Made by a program: the position numbers and the translations under genes. DNA of 64,000 nt from an uncultured Acidobacteriota bacterium (GTDB lineage: Bacteria; Acidobacteriota; Thermoanaerobaculia; UBA5066; Gp7-AA6), in the NCBI GenBank assembly GCA_963764715.1, contig CAVXTP010000001.1, forward strand, positions 37,532-101,531, given 5' to 3'. Below the pieces are notes generated by a model. It saw only the letters and a list, made by a program, of their open reading frames with translations, did not search any database and was not told the DNA's origin. Shown in pieces: positions 19,873-29,421 of this stretch. The stretch's first letter is position 1. Each line of letters starts with the position of its first letter.

Positions 19873-19925
19873 GTAGGGGCGGCCCTTGCGGCCGCCCTCG
19901 GACGGGGACGAGCCCCGCCCCCTGC
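19873..19925. repeat. REP/REPIN-like palindromic element (GTAG family)
   Basis: GTAGGGGCGGCCCTTGCGGCCGCCC...GGGGACGAGCCCCGCCCCCTGC between convergent genes. Confidence 0.6.
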
Positions 19926-19947
19926 CCGGAGCCGGAACGACGCTGCT

Positions 19948-20781
19948 TCAGCCCCGCATCGCCAGAAGCCGCCGGATCCGCTCTTCGAGCGGCGGGTGGG
20001 TCGAGAAGAGCGCCATGAGGCCTCCGCCCGTCAGCGGATTGACGATGCAGAGGTGGGCGTTCGTCGGCGTCGCGCCCTCGAGCGGAATGCGGCCGGACGC
20101 GGCGCCGAGCTTCTCGAGCGCGCTCGCGAGCGGGCGCGGGTCTCCCATGAGCGTCGCTCCCGAGGCGTCGGCGCCGTACTCGCGGCTCCGGCTGACGGCG
20201 AACTGGATGAGCATCGCGGCGATCGGGGCGAGGATCACGAAGAGCAGGGCGAGCGGGTTCCCGCCGCCGCGGCGGTCGTCGCCGCTCCTCGGCGTCATGT
20301 AGGCGAACCGCGTCAGGAACGTCAGCGCGCCGGCGAGCGTCGCGGCGATCGACGACGTCAGGATGTCGCGGTTCAGGACGTGGGAGATCTCGTGGGCGAG
20401 AACCCCCTCGAGCTCGGCCTCGTTCATCGCCTGGAGGATGCCCTCCGTCGCGGCGACCGCGGCGTGCTGCGGGTTGCGCCCGGTCGCGAAGGCGTTCAAG
20501 GCCGGGCTCGGGACGACGTAGAGCCGCGGCATCGGGATGCCGGCCTTGCTCGCCAGGCGCTGGACGATCGCGTGGAGCTTCGGCGACTCGGCCTCGGTGA
20601 CGGGCTGCGCCCGGTAGGCGGCGAGCGCGAGCTTGTCGCTGAAGAAGTACGAGACGAAGTTCATCACCGCCGAGAAGGCCAGGGCGAGGAGCATCCCCTG
20701 CTCGCCTCCGAGGGCGTACCCCGCGAGCAGGAAGAGTCCCGTGAGGAGCCCCAGCAGGAGCGTGGTCTTCATCATGTTCAT
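19948..20781 (-). CDS. htpX: Zinc metalloprotease HtpX
   Basis: NAFATGRNP, AHEISH (HEXXH), SRSREYGAD, FSTHPPLEERI. Confidence 0.95.
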   Translation of the reverse strand: MNMMKTTLLLGLLTGLFLLAGYALGGEQGMLLALAFSAVMNFVSYFFSDKLALAAYRAQPVTEAESPKLHAIVQRLASKAGIPMPRLYVVPSPALNAFATGRNPQHAAVAATEGILQAMNEAELEGVLAHEISHVLNRDILTSSIAATLAGALTFLTRFAYMTPRSGDDRRGGGNPLALLFVILAPIAAMLIQFAVSRSREYGADASGATLMGDPRPLASALEKLGAASGRIPLEGATPTNAHLCIVNPLTGGGLMALFSTHPPLEERIRRLLAMRG

Positions 20782-20830
20782 CGCCGCACCTCCGCCGTGG
20801 TGTCGACGATATCGCTGTAACGGCGGGACG

Positions 20831-22110
20831 CTACTCGTAACGGAGCGCTTCGATCGGATCGAGCCGCGACGCCTTCACCGCCGGGTACAGGCCGAAGAAG
20901 ATCCCGACCGACAGCGAGACGACGAGCCCGAGGACGACGGACCACAACGGCGTCTCGGCCGGCAGGGCGTCGAAGGCCGCCTTGATCGCGGCGGGCACCG
21001 CGACGCCGACGGCGACGCCGATGATGCCGCCGAGGACCGAAAGGGTCGTGGCCTCCGTCAGGAACTGCAGCACGATGTCCCGGCGAAAGGCGCCGACGGC
21101 CTTGCGCACGCCGATCTCCCGCGTCCGCTCGGTCACCGAGACGAGCATGATGTTCATCACGCCCACGCCGCCGATCACGAGCGACACGAACGCGATGAAG
21201 ATCATGGCCAGGGTGATGCCCTGGGTGATCCCGCGGAAGCTCTCGATCATCTTGTCCGGCGTGACGATCCCGAAGTCGTTCGGCTGGTCGAACCGGACGT
21301 GGCGCCGGGTCCGCAGGACCTGCTGGACCTTGTCGATGAGGGCGGGGACCTGGTCGGGCCGGTGCGGCACCATGGCGATCCGGAGCGCGTCGCCGTCGAG
21401 GCCGCCGACCTTGATCCAGGGGAAGCGCCGGTCGAAGGTCGTCAGCGGGATCGTGACGAAGTTGTCCTGCGACTCGCCGAACATCTTCCCCTTCTTCTCG
21501 AAGACCCCGATCACCGTGTAGGCGTCGTGGCCGAGCGTGATCCGCTTCTGCAGGGGGTCCTCGCCGGGGAAAGAGCTTCTCCGCGATCTCCGCTCCGAGC
21601 ACGATGACGTCGGCCGCGTGCTCCACGTCGAGCTCGTTCAGGAACCGTCCCTGCGACACGAAGCGGCTCAGGGCGACGGCGTAGGGCTCCATCACGCCGA
21701 AGACCCTCGGCGACTGGACCTCGTTGTCGCGGTACTTCAGGTGGAAGTTCGAGTTGTCCCAGAGGTAGCGCTGCGGCGAGACGGCCCGCGCCTCCGGCAC
21801 CTGCTTCCCGGATCGCTTCGGCGTCGGCGAGGGTCAGGTCCTTCCTCCGCAGCTCCCCTTCCGGGCGCGGCCCGCCGGGCCCGAAGCGCGGCTCGTACTT
21901 CTGGACCATGACGAGGCTCGCGCCGAAGCTCTGGAAGTTGCGGACCATGTTGTTGTTGAAACCGGTGACGATCGAGACCATCGCGATGACCGTCGCCACG
22001 CCGACGACGATCCCGAGAACCGTCAACCCGGCGCGCAGCTTGTGCAGGCGCACGGCGAGCATCGCGAACCGCAGGTTCTCCCCGAACCCGCGCCTCAGGT
22101 GCTGGAACAC
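20831..22110 (-). CDS. MacB/FtsX-family ABC permease (two apparent frameshifts, ~21815 and ~21570)
   Basis: Three reading segments together parallel 22171..23448; C-terminal GVMNIMLVSVTERTREIG...LDPIEALRYE. Confidence 0.85.
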
Positions 22111-22137
22111 GGGCGGACGCTATCAGCAGTCAGGCGC

Positions 22138-22163
22138 CCTGCCTCCTGCCTCCTGCCTCCTGC
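22138..22163. repeat. Heptamer tandem repeat (CCTGCCT)n
   Basis: CCTGCCTCCTGCCTCCTGCCTCCTGC in an intergenic region. Confidence 0.8.
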
Positions 22164-22170
22164 GGGCGGG

Positions 22171-23448
22171 CTACTCGTACCGCAGCGCTTCGATCGGGTC
22201 GAGCCGCGAGGCCTTCACGGCCGGGTAGAGCCCGAAGAAGATGCCGACCGACATCGACACGAGGAGGCCAACGAGGATCGCCCAGAAGGGCGTCTCCGCC
22301 GGAAGGGCCGCGAAGGCCGCCTTGATCCCTGCCGGGACGGCGACCCCGACGACGACCCCGATGACGCCGCCGAGCAGCGACAGCGTCGTGGCCTCGGTCA
22401 GGAACTGGAGGACGATGTCGCGGCGGAAAGCGCCGACGGCCTTGCGCACGCCGATCTCCCGCGTCCGCTCCGTCACCGACACGAGCATGATGTTCATCAC
22501 GCCGACGCCGCCGATCAGAAGCGAGATGAAGGCGATGAAGATCATCGCGCCCGTGACGCCGTTGGTGATGCCGCGGAACGACTCGATCATCTTGTCGGGC
22601 GTCAGGATGTAGAAGTCGTCCTCGGCGTTGAACGGAACGGCCCGGCGCGCGCGCAGCAGGGCCCGCCCCTTCTCGATCACGGCGTCGACCTGGTCCGGCC
22701 GGTACGGCACCGTCGCGATGTGGATCGTGTCGCCCCGGCTGTTCTTGATCTGCGGGAACTGGTGGTCGAAGGTCGAGAAGGGAATGAAGAACCAGTGGTT
22801 GCTCGAGCCTCCACCGAAGTCGCCCTTCTCTTCCATGATGCCGACGACGGTGTACTTCCAGCCGTTCAGCTCGACGGTCTTGTTGAGCGGGCTCTCGTTG
22901 GGAAAGAGCGCCTTCTGGACGTCGGTGCCGATGACGCAGACCTCGGACGAGTGCGCGATGTCCGTCTCCGTGAAGAAGCGGCCGTGCTCGACGAAATGGT
23001 TGTTCGCGAGCGTGTAGTCGGGATAGACGCCCGCGACGGTCGGCGAGGTCGACTCGTTGCCGCGGTACTTGACCGTGACGTTGGTGCCGTCGAACAGGTA
23101 GCGCTCGGGCGACACGCCGCGGATCTCCGGGATCTGGGCCTTGAGCGCGAGCGCGTCCTCGAGCGTCAGGTCCTTGCGGTTGCGCTCCGTGTCGGAGCGG
23201 TGGCCGGGCCCGAAGCGCATCGAGAACTTCTGGAACTGCACCAGGGTCGCGCCGAAGCTCTGGAACTGGCGCGCCATGCTGTTGTTGAAGCCGTTGACGA
23301 TCGACACCATCGCGATGACCGTCGAGACGCCCACGACGATGCCGAGCACCGTCAGCGAGGCCCGCAGCTTGTGCGCGCGGACCGCGAGCATCGCGAACCG
23401 CATGTTCTCGCCGAAACCGCGGCGCAGGTGGGAGATCAGGGAGGACAT
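22171..23448 (-). CDS. MacB/FtsX-family ABC permease
   Basis: RASLTVLGIVVGV; VTERTREIGVRKAVGA; LDPIEALRYE. Confidence 0.93.
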   Translation of the reverse strand: MSSLISHLRRGFGENMRFAMLAVRAHKLRASLTVLGIVVGVSTVIAMVSIVNGFNNSMARQFQSFGATLVQFQKFSMRFGPGHRSDTERNRKDLTLEDALALKAQIPEIRGVSPERYLFDGTNVTVKYRGNESTSPTVAGVYPDYTLANNHFVEHGRFFTETDIAHSSEVCVIGTDVQKALFPNESPLNKTVELNGWKYTVVGIMEEKGDFGGGSSNHWFFIPFSTFDHQFPQIKNSRGDTIHIATVPYRPDQVDAVIEKGRALLRARRAVPFNAEDDFYILTPDKMIESFRGITNGVTGAMIFIAFISLLIGGVGVMNIMLVSVTERTREIGVRKAVGAFRRDIVLQFLTEATTLSLLGGVIGVVVGVAVPAGIKAAFAALPAETPFWAILVGLLVSMSVGIFFGLYPAVKASRLDPIEALRYE

Positions 23449-23467
23449 GGCGACTAGCCCCCGGTCC

Positions 23468-24682
23468 TTACTCGTATCTCAGCGCTTCGACCGGCGGCAG
23501 CTTGCTCGCCTGCGACGACGGGATCCAGCCCGCCAGGATGCCGGTCACGGTGGCGACGCCGACGCCGAGCAGGATGAACGAGAGTCGGACCTGCGCCGGG
23601 AACACCTGCTTGACCGCGAGCGCGATGAGGGTGCCGAGGATCACGCCGATGACGCCGCCGATCGAGGACAGCAGGGCCGCCTCGAGAAGGAACTGCCGGC
23701 GGATGTCCCGGCGCCGCGCGCCGAGAGCCCGCCGCACGCCGATCTCCTTGGTCCGCTCGACGACCGACACGAACATGATGTTCGCGACCACGATCGCGCC
23801 GACGACGAGCGAGATGCCCGAGATCAGGACCATCAGCAGGAACATCCCCGCCGAGATGCCGCGCCACAGGGTCTGGAGCAGCTCCGCCGTGACGAGGCCG
23901 AACGGATCGTCCTTCTCGAAGCCCGTCTTCCGGAGCGCCCGGAGGATCGTCCGGACCTCGTCGGTCGCGGCCGTCACGCCCTCGACGCCGCCTTTCGGCT
24001 TCAAGAAGATGCCGATGTCCTCGCTCGGCGCGATGTGCTTGTGGAAGAGCGTCAGCGGGATGTAGATCACGTTGTCCTGGCTCTGGCCCAGGACCGAGCC
24101 CTGCTTGGCGAGCGTCCCGATGACCTTGACCGGATAGCCGTCGATCTTCATCACGCGGCCGATCGGATCGATATTCGGGAAGAGCTCGTCCTGCACGTCC
24201 CAGCCGATGACGGCGACGGGGAACGACTGGTTGTACTCGGTCTCGGTGAAGTAGCGCCCGTTGACGATGTCGAACTTCATGGCCTCGCCCATGTTCGGCG
24301 TGTGGCCCTGGATCTCGACCTGCGGGAGCTTGCGGTCCTCGTACTTGACGGGACGGTTGCGGTCGCCGCGCGCGCCGATCGACGCACAGAGCTTGCACTC
24401 GCGGCGCACGACCTCCATGTCCGTCAGCGTGAGGTCCTTGCGCTTGCGGGCCATCAGCCACTCTTCGCGGCTCGTGATGATCCCGTACTTCGTGAAGATG
24501 ACGATGTCGGGATTGAGGCCGATCACCTTGTCCTTGACGTAGGCGTTCAACCCCGAGATGACCGAGACGACGCCGACGACGGTGGCCACGCCGATGATGA
24601 CGCCGAGCAGCGTCAGGAACGCGCGGAGCTTGTGCCGCGTGAGCGCCGACCCCGAGACGCGGAAGAGCTCGGCGGTGGTCAT
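23468..24682 (-). CDS. MacB/FtsX-family ABC permease
   Basis: RAFLTLLGVIIGV; VVERTKEIGVRRALGA; PVEALRYE. Confidence 0.93.
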   Translation of the reverse strand: MTTAELFRVSGSALTRHKLRAFLTLLGVIIGVATVVGVVSVISGLNAYVKDKVIGLNPDIVIFTKYGIITSREEWLMARKRKDLTLTDMEVVRRECKLCASIGARGDRNRPVKYEDRKLPQVEIQGHTPNMGEAMKFDIVNGRYFTETEYNQSFPVAVIGWDVQDELFPNIDPIGRVMKIDGYPVKVIGTLAKQGSVLGQSQDNVIYIPLTLFHKHIAPSEDIGIFLKPKGGVEGVTAATDEVRTILRALRKTGFEKDDPFGLVTAELLQTLWRGISAGMFLLMVLISGISLVVGAIVVANIMFVSVVERTKEIGVRRALGARRRDIRRQFLLEAALLSSIGGVIGVILGTLIALAVKQVFPAQVRLSFILLGVGVATVTGILAGWIPSSQASKLPPVEALRYE

Positions 24683-24684
24683 CG

Positions 24685-25941
24685 CTAGCCCTTCTTCGGC
24701 CCGTCCTTGCCCGGCCCGCTCTCCTTCTCGATGATGACCCGGTCGCCTTCCTTGATCTGCCGCAGCACCTTGAAGGGCCCCGTGACGATCTCCTGCCCCA
24801 CGGCCGGTCCCTGCTTGACCTCGATCATGAGCTCGCCGGCGATGCCCGGCACGACCTTCGTGAAGGCGAGCTTGCCGTCCTTGATGGTGTACACGCCCTC
24901 CTCGGTCTCGGGGCGGCCGGTCGACGGCGCCTTGCCCTTCTTGTCGACGTCGCGGACGATGAGCGCCTGGATCGGGATCGTCGTCGCGCCGTCGCGGCGG
25001 CCGGTGACGATGTCGGCCGTCACCGAGAAGCCGGGGCGGATCGTGTCCGGCGGGTTGTCGATCTTGATCTTGACCTTGAAGTTGATCGCCTCCGAGTTGG
25101 CGGTCAGCGCGAGCAGGTCCGGGTCGTTCTTGGGGATCGGCGAGGAGCCGACCTCGGTGACGGTGCCGATGAACTTGGTGTTCGGGTAGGCGTCGATCGA
25201 GAGGGTGGCCTTCTGCCCGACCTTGACCTGCGGCACGGAGGTCTCATCGACCATCATGACCGCCTCGACCGTCGCCATGTCGGAAATCGTCATGAGCTGC
25301 GTGCCGGCGTTGTTCATCGTGCCGATGACCGTGACCTCGCCCTCCTTGATCGGAAGCGCGGTCACGACGCCTTCGAGGGGAGCCGTCACCGTCGTCTTCG
25401 ACAGCGAGTCGCGACTCGCCGCGAGGCTCGCCGAGGTGGAGCGCATGCGCTGCTCGGTCGCCGCGAGGTTCGCCTCCGCCGTGTCGAGGTTCGACTTGGC
25501 CTTCTGGAGGTCGGCCTCGGCGAGGATGTTCCCCTTGAAGTTCGCGGCGGCGCGCTCGTAGTCGAACTTCGCCTGCGCGGCGGTCGCCCTGGCCGCGTCG
25601 AGGTCGTGGCGCATCGCCTCGAGATTCGACTCCGCTCCCTGGGCCTGGGCGGCGAGCTGCGCGCGGTCGATCTGGAGAAGGAGCTGGCCCTTCTTGACGT
25701 GGTCGCCTTCCTTGACCGCCAGGTTCACGATCTGTCCCATGACGAGGGCGGACATGTCGACCTTGCGCTGGGCCTGGATCTTGCCGTTGGCGGTGACCTT
25801 CGAGACGAGGTCGAGCTTCTCGACCTTGGCGGTCGTCACGCGGGGCACGTCCTTGTCCCGCCCGCGGATGAAGGCGGTCAGGGCGCCGATGACGGCGACC
25901 CCCAGGATGGCCCCCCCGATGATCTTGGTCCTCTTCGACAT
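24685..25941 (-). CDS. Efflux transporter periplasmic adaptor (MacA-like MFP)
   Basis: N-terminal TM; VKEGDHVKKGQLL lipoyl-like motif; coiled coil; APLEGVV. Confidence 0.92.
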   Translation of the reverse strand: MSKRTKIIGGAILGVAVIGALTAFIRGRDKDVPRVTTAKVEKLDLVSKVTANGKIQAQRKVDMSALVMGQIVNLAVKEGDHVKKGQLLLQIDRAQLAAQAQGAESNLEAMRHDLDAARATAAQAKFDYERAAANFKGNILAEADLQKAKSNLDTAEANLAATEQRMRSTSASLAASRDSLSKTTVTAPLEGVVTALPIKEGEVTVIGTMNNAGTQLMTISDMATVEAVMMVDETSVPQVKVGQKATLSIDAYPNTKFIGTVTEVGSSPIPKNDPDLLALTANSEAINFKVKIKIDNPPDTIRPGFSVTADIVTGRRDGATTIPIQALIVRDVDKKGKAPSTGRPETEEGVYTIKDGKLAFTKVVPGIAGELMIEVKQGPAVGQEIVTGPFKVLRQIKEGDRVIIEKESGPGKDGPKKG

Positions 25942-26068
25942 GGCCCTCAATCCTCCGGTCTAACGCGGTTTTCCTGCGTATTCCTTTCTACGGAACGGCC
26001 CTCGGAAAGTTCAATTCCCCGGAGCCCATTGAAAAGACTGGGGCTTTTCGCTAGCCTTCCGCTCCCCT

Positions 26069-26145
26069 GCGCCCATAGCTCAATTGGATAGAGCGTCTGA
26101 CTACGGATCAGGAGGTTGGGGGTTCGACTCCCTCTGGGCGCACCA
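26069..26145 (+). tRNA. tRNA-Arg (ACG)
   Basis: GCGCCCATAGCTCAATTGGATAGAGCGTCTGACTACGGATCAGG...GGTTCGACTCC...GGGCGCACCA forms a cloverleaf. Confidence 0.97.
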
Positions 26146-26171
26146 CTTCCGACTGGGGTAGCCTCCCCGCG

Positions 26172-26630
26172 GTGTCTTTCACGGACCAGGACCGCCGTTT
26201 CATGGCCGAGGCCCTCGCCTTCGCGCGCATCGCCTATGCCGAGCAGGAGGTCCCCATCGGGGCGGTCGTCGTTCGGGACGGACGGATGATCGGCCGGGGG
26301 CGCAACCGCCGGGAACGGCTCGCCGACCCCACCCACCACGCCGAGATCGAGGCCATCCGGGAGGCCGCCCGCGAGGTCGGTCACTGGCGCCTCGAGGACT
26401 GCACCCTCTATGCCACGGTGGAGCCCTGCGCGATGTGCGCCGGCGCCGCGGTCAACGCCCGGATCCGACGGATCGTCTTCGGCTGCACGGACCCCAAGGC
26501 CGGCTATTGCGGCACCCTCGGAAACATCCCGGGGGACGCGCGGCTGAACCACCGGCCCCAGGTCGAAGGGGGCCTTCTGGCCGACGAGTCGGCCGAGATG
26601 CTCCGCCAGTTCTTCCAGGCGAAACGCTGA
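26172..26630 (+). CDS. tadA: tRNA-specific adenosine-34 deaminase
   Basis: EVPIGAVVV, HAEI, EPCAMCAGA motifs. Confidence 0.92.
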   Translation: MSFTDQDRRFMAEALAFARIAYAEQEVPIGAVVVRDGRMIGRGRNRRERLADPTHHAEIEAIREAAREVGHWRLEDCTLYATVEPCAMCAGAAVNARIRRIVFGCTDPKAGYCGTLGNIPGDARLNHRPQVEGGLLADESAEMLRQFFQAKR

Positions 26631-26676
26631 CGGGGTCAGGTCTTCATTTTTCGGTTCGAGGCCCGACCCGGTTCCG

Positions 26677-27063
26677 TCAGGCCACCTGGTAGATCTGGAT
26701 CAGGTTGCCGCAGGTATCGGCGAAGACCGCCATCGTGACCGGCCCGGCCGGAGTCGGCTCCATGGTGAACGCCACGCCCTTCGCCTTGAGCTTCGCGCAC
26801 TCGCCGCGGATGTCGGACGACTCGAACGCCGCGATCGGGATCCCCTGCGCGAACATCGCCTCCTGGAACTTCTTCGCCGCGGGGTTCGCATTGGGCTCCA
26901 GCGCGAGCTGCACGTCGTCGCCCGCCTCCGGCGACACGACCGTGATCCAGCGGTACTCCCCGACGGGAAAGTCGAGCTTCGTCCTGAAGCCCAGGACCTC
27001 CGTGTAGAACTTCTGCGCCCGGGCCTGGTCCTCGACCATGACGCTCGTGAGCTTGATCTTCAT
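26677..27063 (-). CDS. VOC/glyoxalase family protein
   Basis: VEDQARAQKFYTEVLGF; FADTCGNLIQI. Confidence 0.9.
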   Translation of the reverse strand: MKIKLTSVMVEDQARAQKFYTEVLGFRTKLDFPVGEYRWITVVSPEAGDDVQLALEPNANPAAKKFQEAMFAQGIPIAAFESSDIRGECAKLKAKGVAFTMEPTPAGPVTMAVFADTCGNLIQIYQVA

Positions 27064-27116
27064 TGCGTCGCTCCTTTCTCTGACGGCCGGGCGGAAGTCT
27101 GCCCGAGCGCCGGGAG

Positions 27117-27560
27117 TCAGGCTTCTCGAAAACTGCGAAACGCCGACGGCGGCAGGCGGCCCATGAGCGAAAGGCAGCCCGGGAAGAGCTCCCGCGGCAG
27201 CCCGCCCGGCACCCGGACCATCGACCGAGCGCGGCGGCGGAACCCCGACGGCGTCTCCCCGACGCGGCGCGTGAAGACATCACTGAAGCTGCCGAGGCTC
27301 GAGAAGCCGACCTCCATGCAGACCTCGGTGACGGAAAGCTCGCCTTTTGCCAGGAGCCGCCGGGCGCGGTCGAGCCGCGCCTCGATCCGGTACTGGTGCG
27401 GCGTCGCGCCGAAGACCGCATCGAATCGCCGGATGAAGTGGAATGGCGAGATACCCGCAAGCCTCGCCGCTTCCTCGACCGAAAGCGGCCGTTCCGTGAC
27501 GCTCCGGAGCGCCCGGCGAGCACGGCAGAGTCCGGAAAAGAGGCTCGGCCCGACCAGCAT
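27117..27560 (-). CDS. AraC family transcriptional regulator
   Basis: SPFHFIRRF...TPHQY; SVTEVCMEVGFSSLGSFS. Confidence 0.9.
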   Translation of the reverse strand: MLVGPSLFSGLCRARRALRSVTERPLSVEEAARLAGISPFHFIRRFDAVFGATPHQYRIEARLDRARRLLAKGELSVTEVCMEVGFSSLGSFSDVFTRRVGETPSGFRRRARSMVRVPGGLPRELFPGCLSLMGRLPPSAFRSFREA

Positions 27561-27626
27561 TCGAGCCCCAGTCTACGACTGACAGCGCCCCAAAAATCCG
27601 CTAGGATGCGCCCCTTCCACCCGCGC

Positions 27627-27716
27627 GGAGAGGTGCTGGAGTGGTTGATCAGGCCGGTCTCGAAAACCGGTAGGCCCGAAAGGGTCTCGTGGGTTCAAAT
27701 CCCACCCTCTCCGCCA
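27627..27716 (+). tRNA. tRNA-Ser (CGA)
   Basis: GGAGAGGTG...CCGGT CTCGAAA ACCGG, long variable arm, GGTTCAAATCCCACCCTCTCCGCCA. Confidence 0.96.
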
Positions 27717-28090
27717 CTACTACTGCCTCGCGACAGTCGTGGGTTCACCCGACCACCAGCGGCAGACCCCCGGCAGTAGGGAGCCGTCCACCAGAGATCG
27801 ACCCCCGATCTTAGGCAACGCTGGCCGAAGGCCAGCGGTAACCCACGCTGCGCGAAGCGCAGCGGTAAATCCCACCCTCTCCGCCACTAATGTTGCCTCG
27901 AGACAGTCGTGGGTTCGCCCGACCACCAGAGGCAGACCCCCGGCAGCAGGGAGCCGTCCACCAGAGATCGACCCCCGATCTTAGGCAACGCTGGCCGAAG
28001 GCCAGCGGTAACCCACGCTGCGCGAAGCGCAGCGGTAAATCCCACCCTCTCCGCCATTATTGCTCCTCGAGAGAGTCGTGGGGTCGGCGC
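27717..28090 (+). repeat. tRNA-Ser-linked tandem repeat: two 170-bp units plus a partial third
   Basis: Units 27717-27886 and 27887-28056 are near identical; each ends in the tRNA 3' 20 nt AAATCCCACCCTCTCCGCCA. Confidence 0.95.
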
Positions 28091-28092
28091 CC

Positions 28093-28395
28093 TCACCGGA
28101 TCGGATCGATCGGCGTGCGCCTGGGCTCCTTGCCGAAGCGGATCCGCGACTTCTCGATCATCTTGCGGATCTCGACATCGCGATCCTTTGGCGGGGCGTT
28201 GGTCACCCACCCATGGACCAGTCGCTCGGCCGCCGCGGCGACCTCGTCCACCGCGCGTTGGAACAACGCCTCATTGGCGCGCGAGGGCTTGTTGGCCCCG
28301 CTCAGCTTGCGGACGAACTGCAGCGACGAGGCCCGGATCTCGGCCGCGGTGGCCGGGGGCGCGAAGTTGGCCAGGGTACGGATGTTGCGGCACAT
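28093..28395 (-). CDS. DUF2277-like protein
   Basis: MCRNIRTLANFAPPATAAEIRASSLQFVRKLSG signature. Confidence 0.85.
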   Translation of the reverse strand: MCRNIRTLANFAPPATAAEIRASSLQFVRKLSGANKPSRANEALFQRAVDEVAAAAERLVHGWVTNAPPKDRDVEIRKMIEKSRIRFGKEPRRTPIDPIR

Positions 28396-28487
28396 GCGTT
28401 CACACTAACCCAGCCCCCCGGCGGACGGGTGGTCTCCGGTTTTTCCTAAACCCCGCCCCAAGGAATCCGTAATAATCCGCGAGCCCC

Positions 28488-29414
28488 ATGGAAAACGCGA
28501 TCGAGCTGGAGCACGTCGCCAAGAGCTTCGGCCGCTTCAAGGCGGTCGACGACCTGTCGCTGAAGGTCCCGAAGGGCTCGATGTTCGGCCTTCTCGGGCC
28601 CAACGGCGCGGGCAAGACGACGACGATCCGGATGACGATGAACATCACGGCGCCCGACTCCGGCGAGATCCGGATCCTCGGGCACCCGATGGACCGCGCC
28701 ACGCAGAACCGCATCGGCTACCTTCCCGAGGAGCGCGGGCTCTACCGGAAGATGAAGGTGATCGACCACCTCTACTTCCTGGCCGCGATCAAGGAGGTCG
28801 GCCGCGAGACCGCGAAGGAGCGCATCTCCGGCTGGATCGACAAGATGGAGCTGCGCCCCTGGCTCAACAAGAAGGTCGACGAGCTCTCCAAGGGCATGCA
28901 GCAGAAGGTCCAGTTCATCGCGACGATCGTCCACGATCCGGAGATCCTGATCCTCGACGAGCCGTTCTCGGGACTCGACCCGCTGAACGTCGCCCTGATG
29001 CGCGACTACTTTCTCGACTTCCGCGCCAAGGGCAAGACGATCATTTTCTGCACGCACGTCCTCGAGCAGGCCGAGAAGCTCTGCGACGAGATCTGCCTGA
29101 TGGCCAAGTCGAAGAAGATCCTCGAGGGCAGCCTCAGGGACTTGAAGCGCCGCAACTCGAGCGGGCTCCTGCGGCTTTCGACCAACGCCAGCCTCGCCGA
29201 CGTCTCGGCTCTCCCGGGCGTCGACTCCGCGAAAGCCGTCGACGGGTCCTTCGTCATCGCGCTCGCGCCGGGCGTCGCGCAGAAGGACTTTCTGAAGCGG
29301 GCCCTCGACACGTACACGGTCGAGGCCTTCTCGCAGAAGGAGCCCGACCTCGAGGAAATCTACATCGACGCCGTCCGGAACGCGGGCCTGGAAGAGACCC
29401 GCACGATCGAATGA
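28488..29414 (+). CDS. ABC transporter ATP-binding protein (NatA/YhaQ-like)
   Basis: GPNGAGKTT, LSKGMQQK, ILDEPFSGLDP. Confidence 0.95.
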   Translation: MENAIELEHVAKSFGRFKAVDDLSLKVPKGSMFGLLGPNGAGKTTTIRMTMNITAPDSGEIRILGHPMDRATQNRIGYLPEERGLYRKMKVIDHLYFLAAIKEVGRETAKERISGWIDKMELRPWLNKKVDELSKGMQQKVQFIATIVHDPEILILDEPFSGLDPLNVALMRDYFLDFRAKGKTIIFCTHVLEQAEKLCDEICLMAKSKKILEGSLRDLKRRNSSGLLRLSTNASLADVSALPGVDSAKAVDGSFVIALAPGVAQKDFLKRALDTYTVEAFSQKEPDLEEIYIDAVRNAGLEETRTIE

Positions 29415-29421
29415 GGCCCGC

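Noticed and set aside
27717-28090. CRISPR array
   Set aside because: The whole 170-bp unit repeats, there are no unique spacers and no cas genes are present
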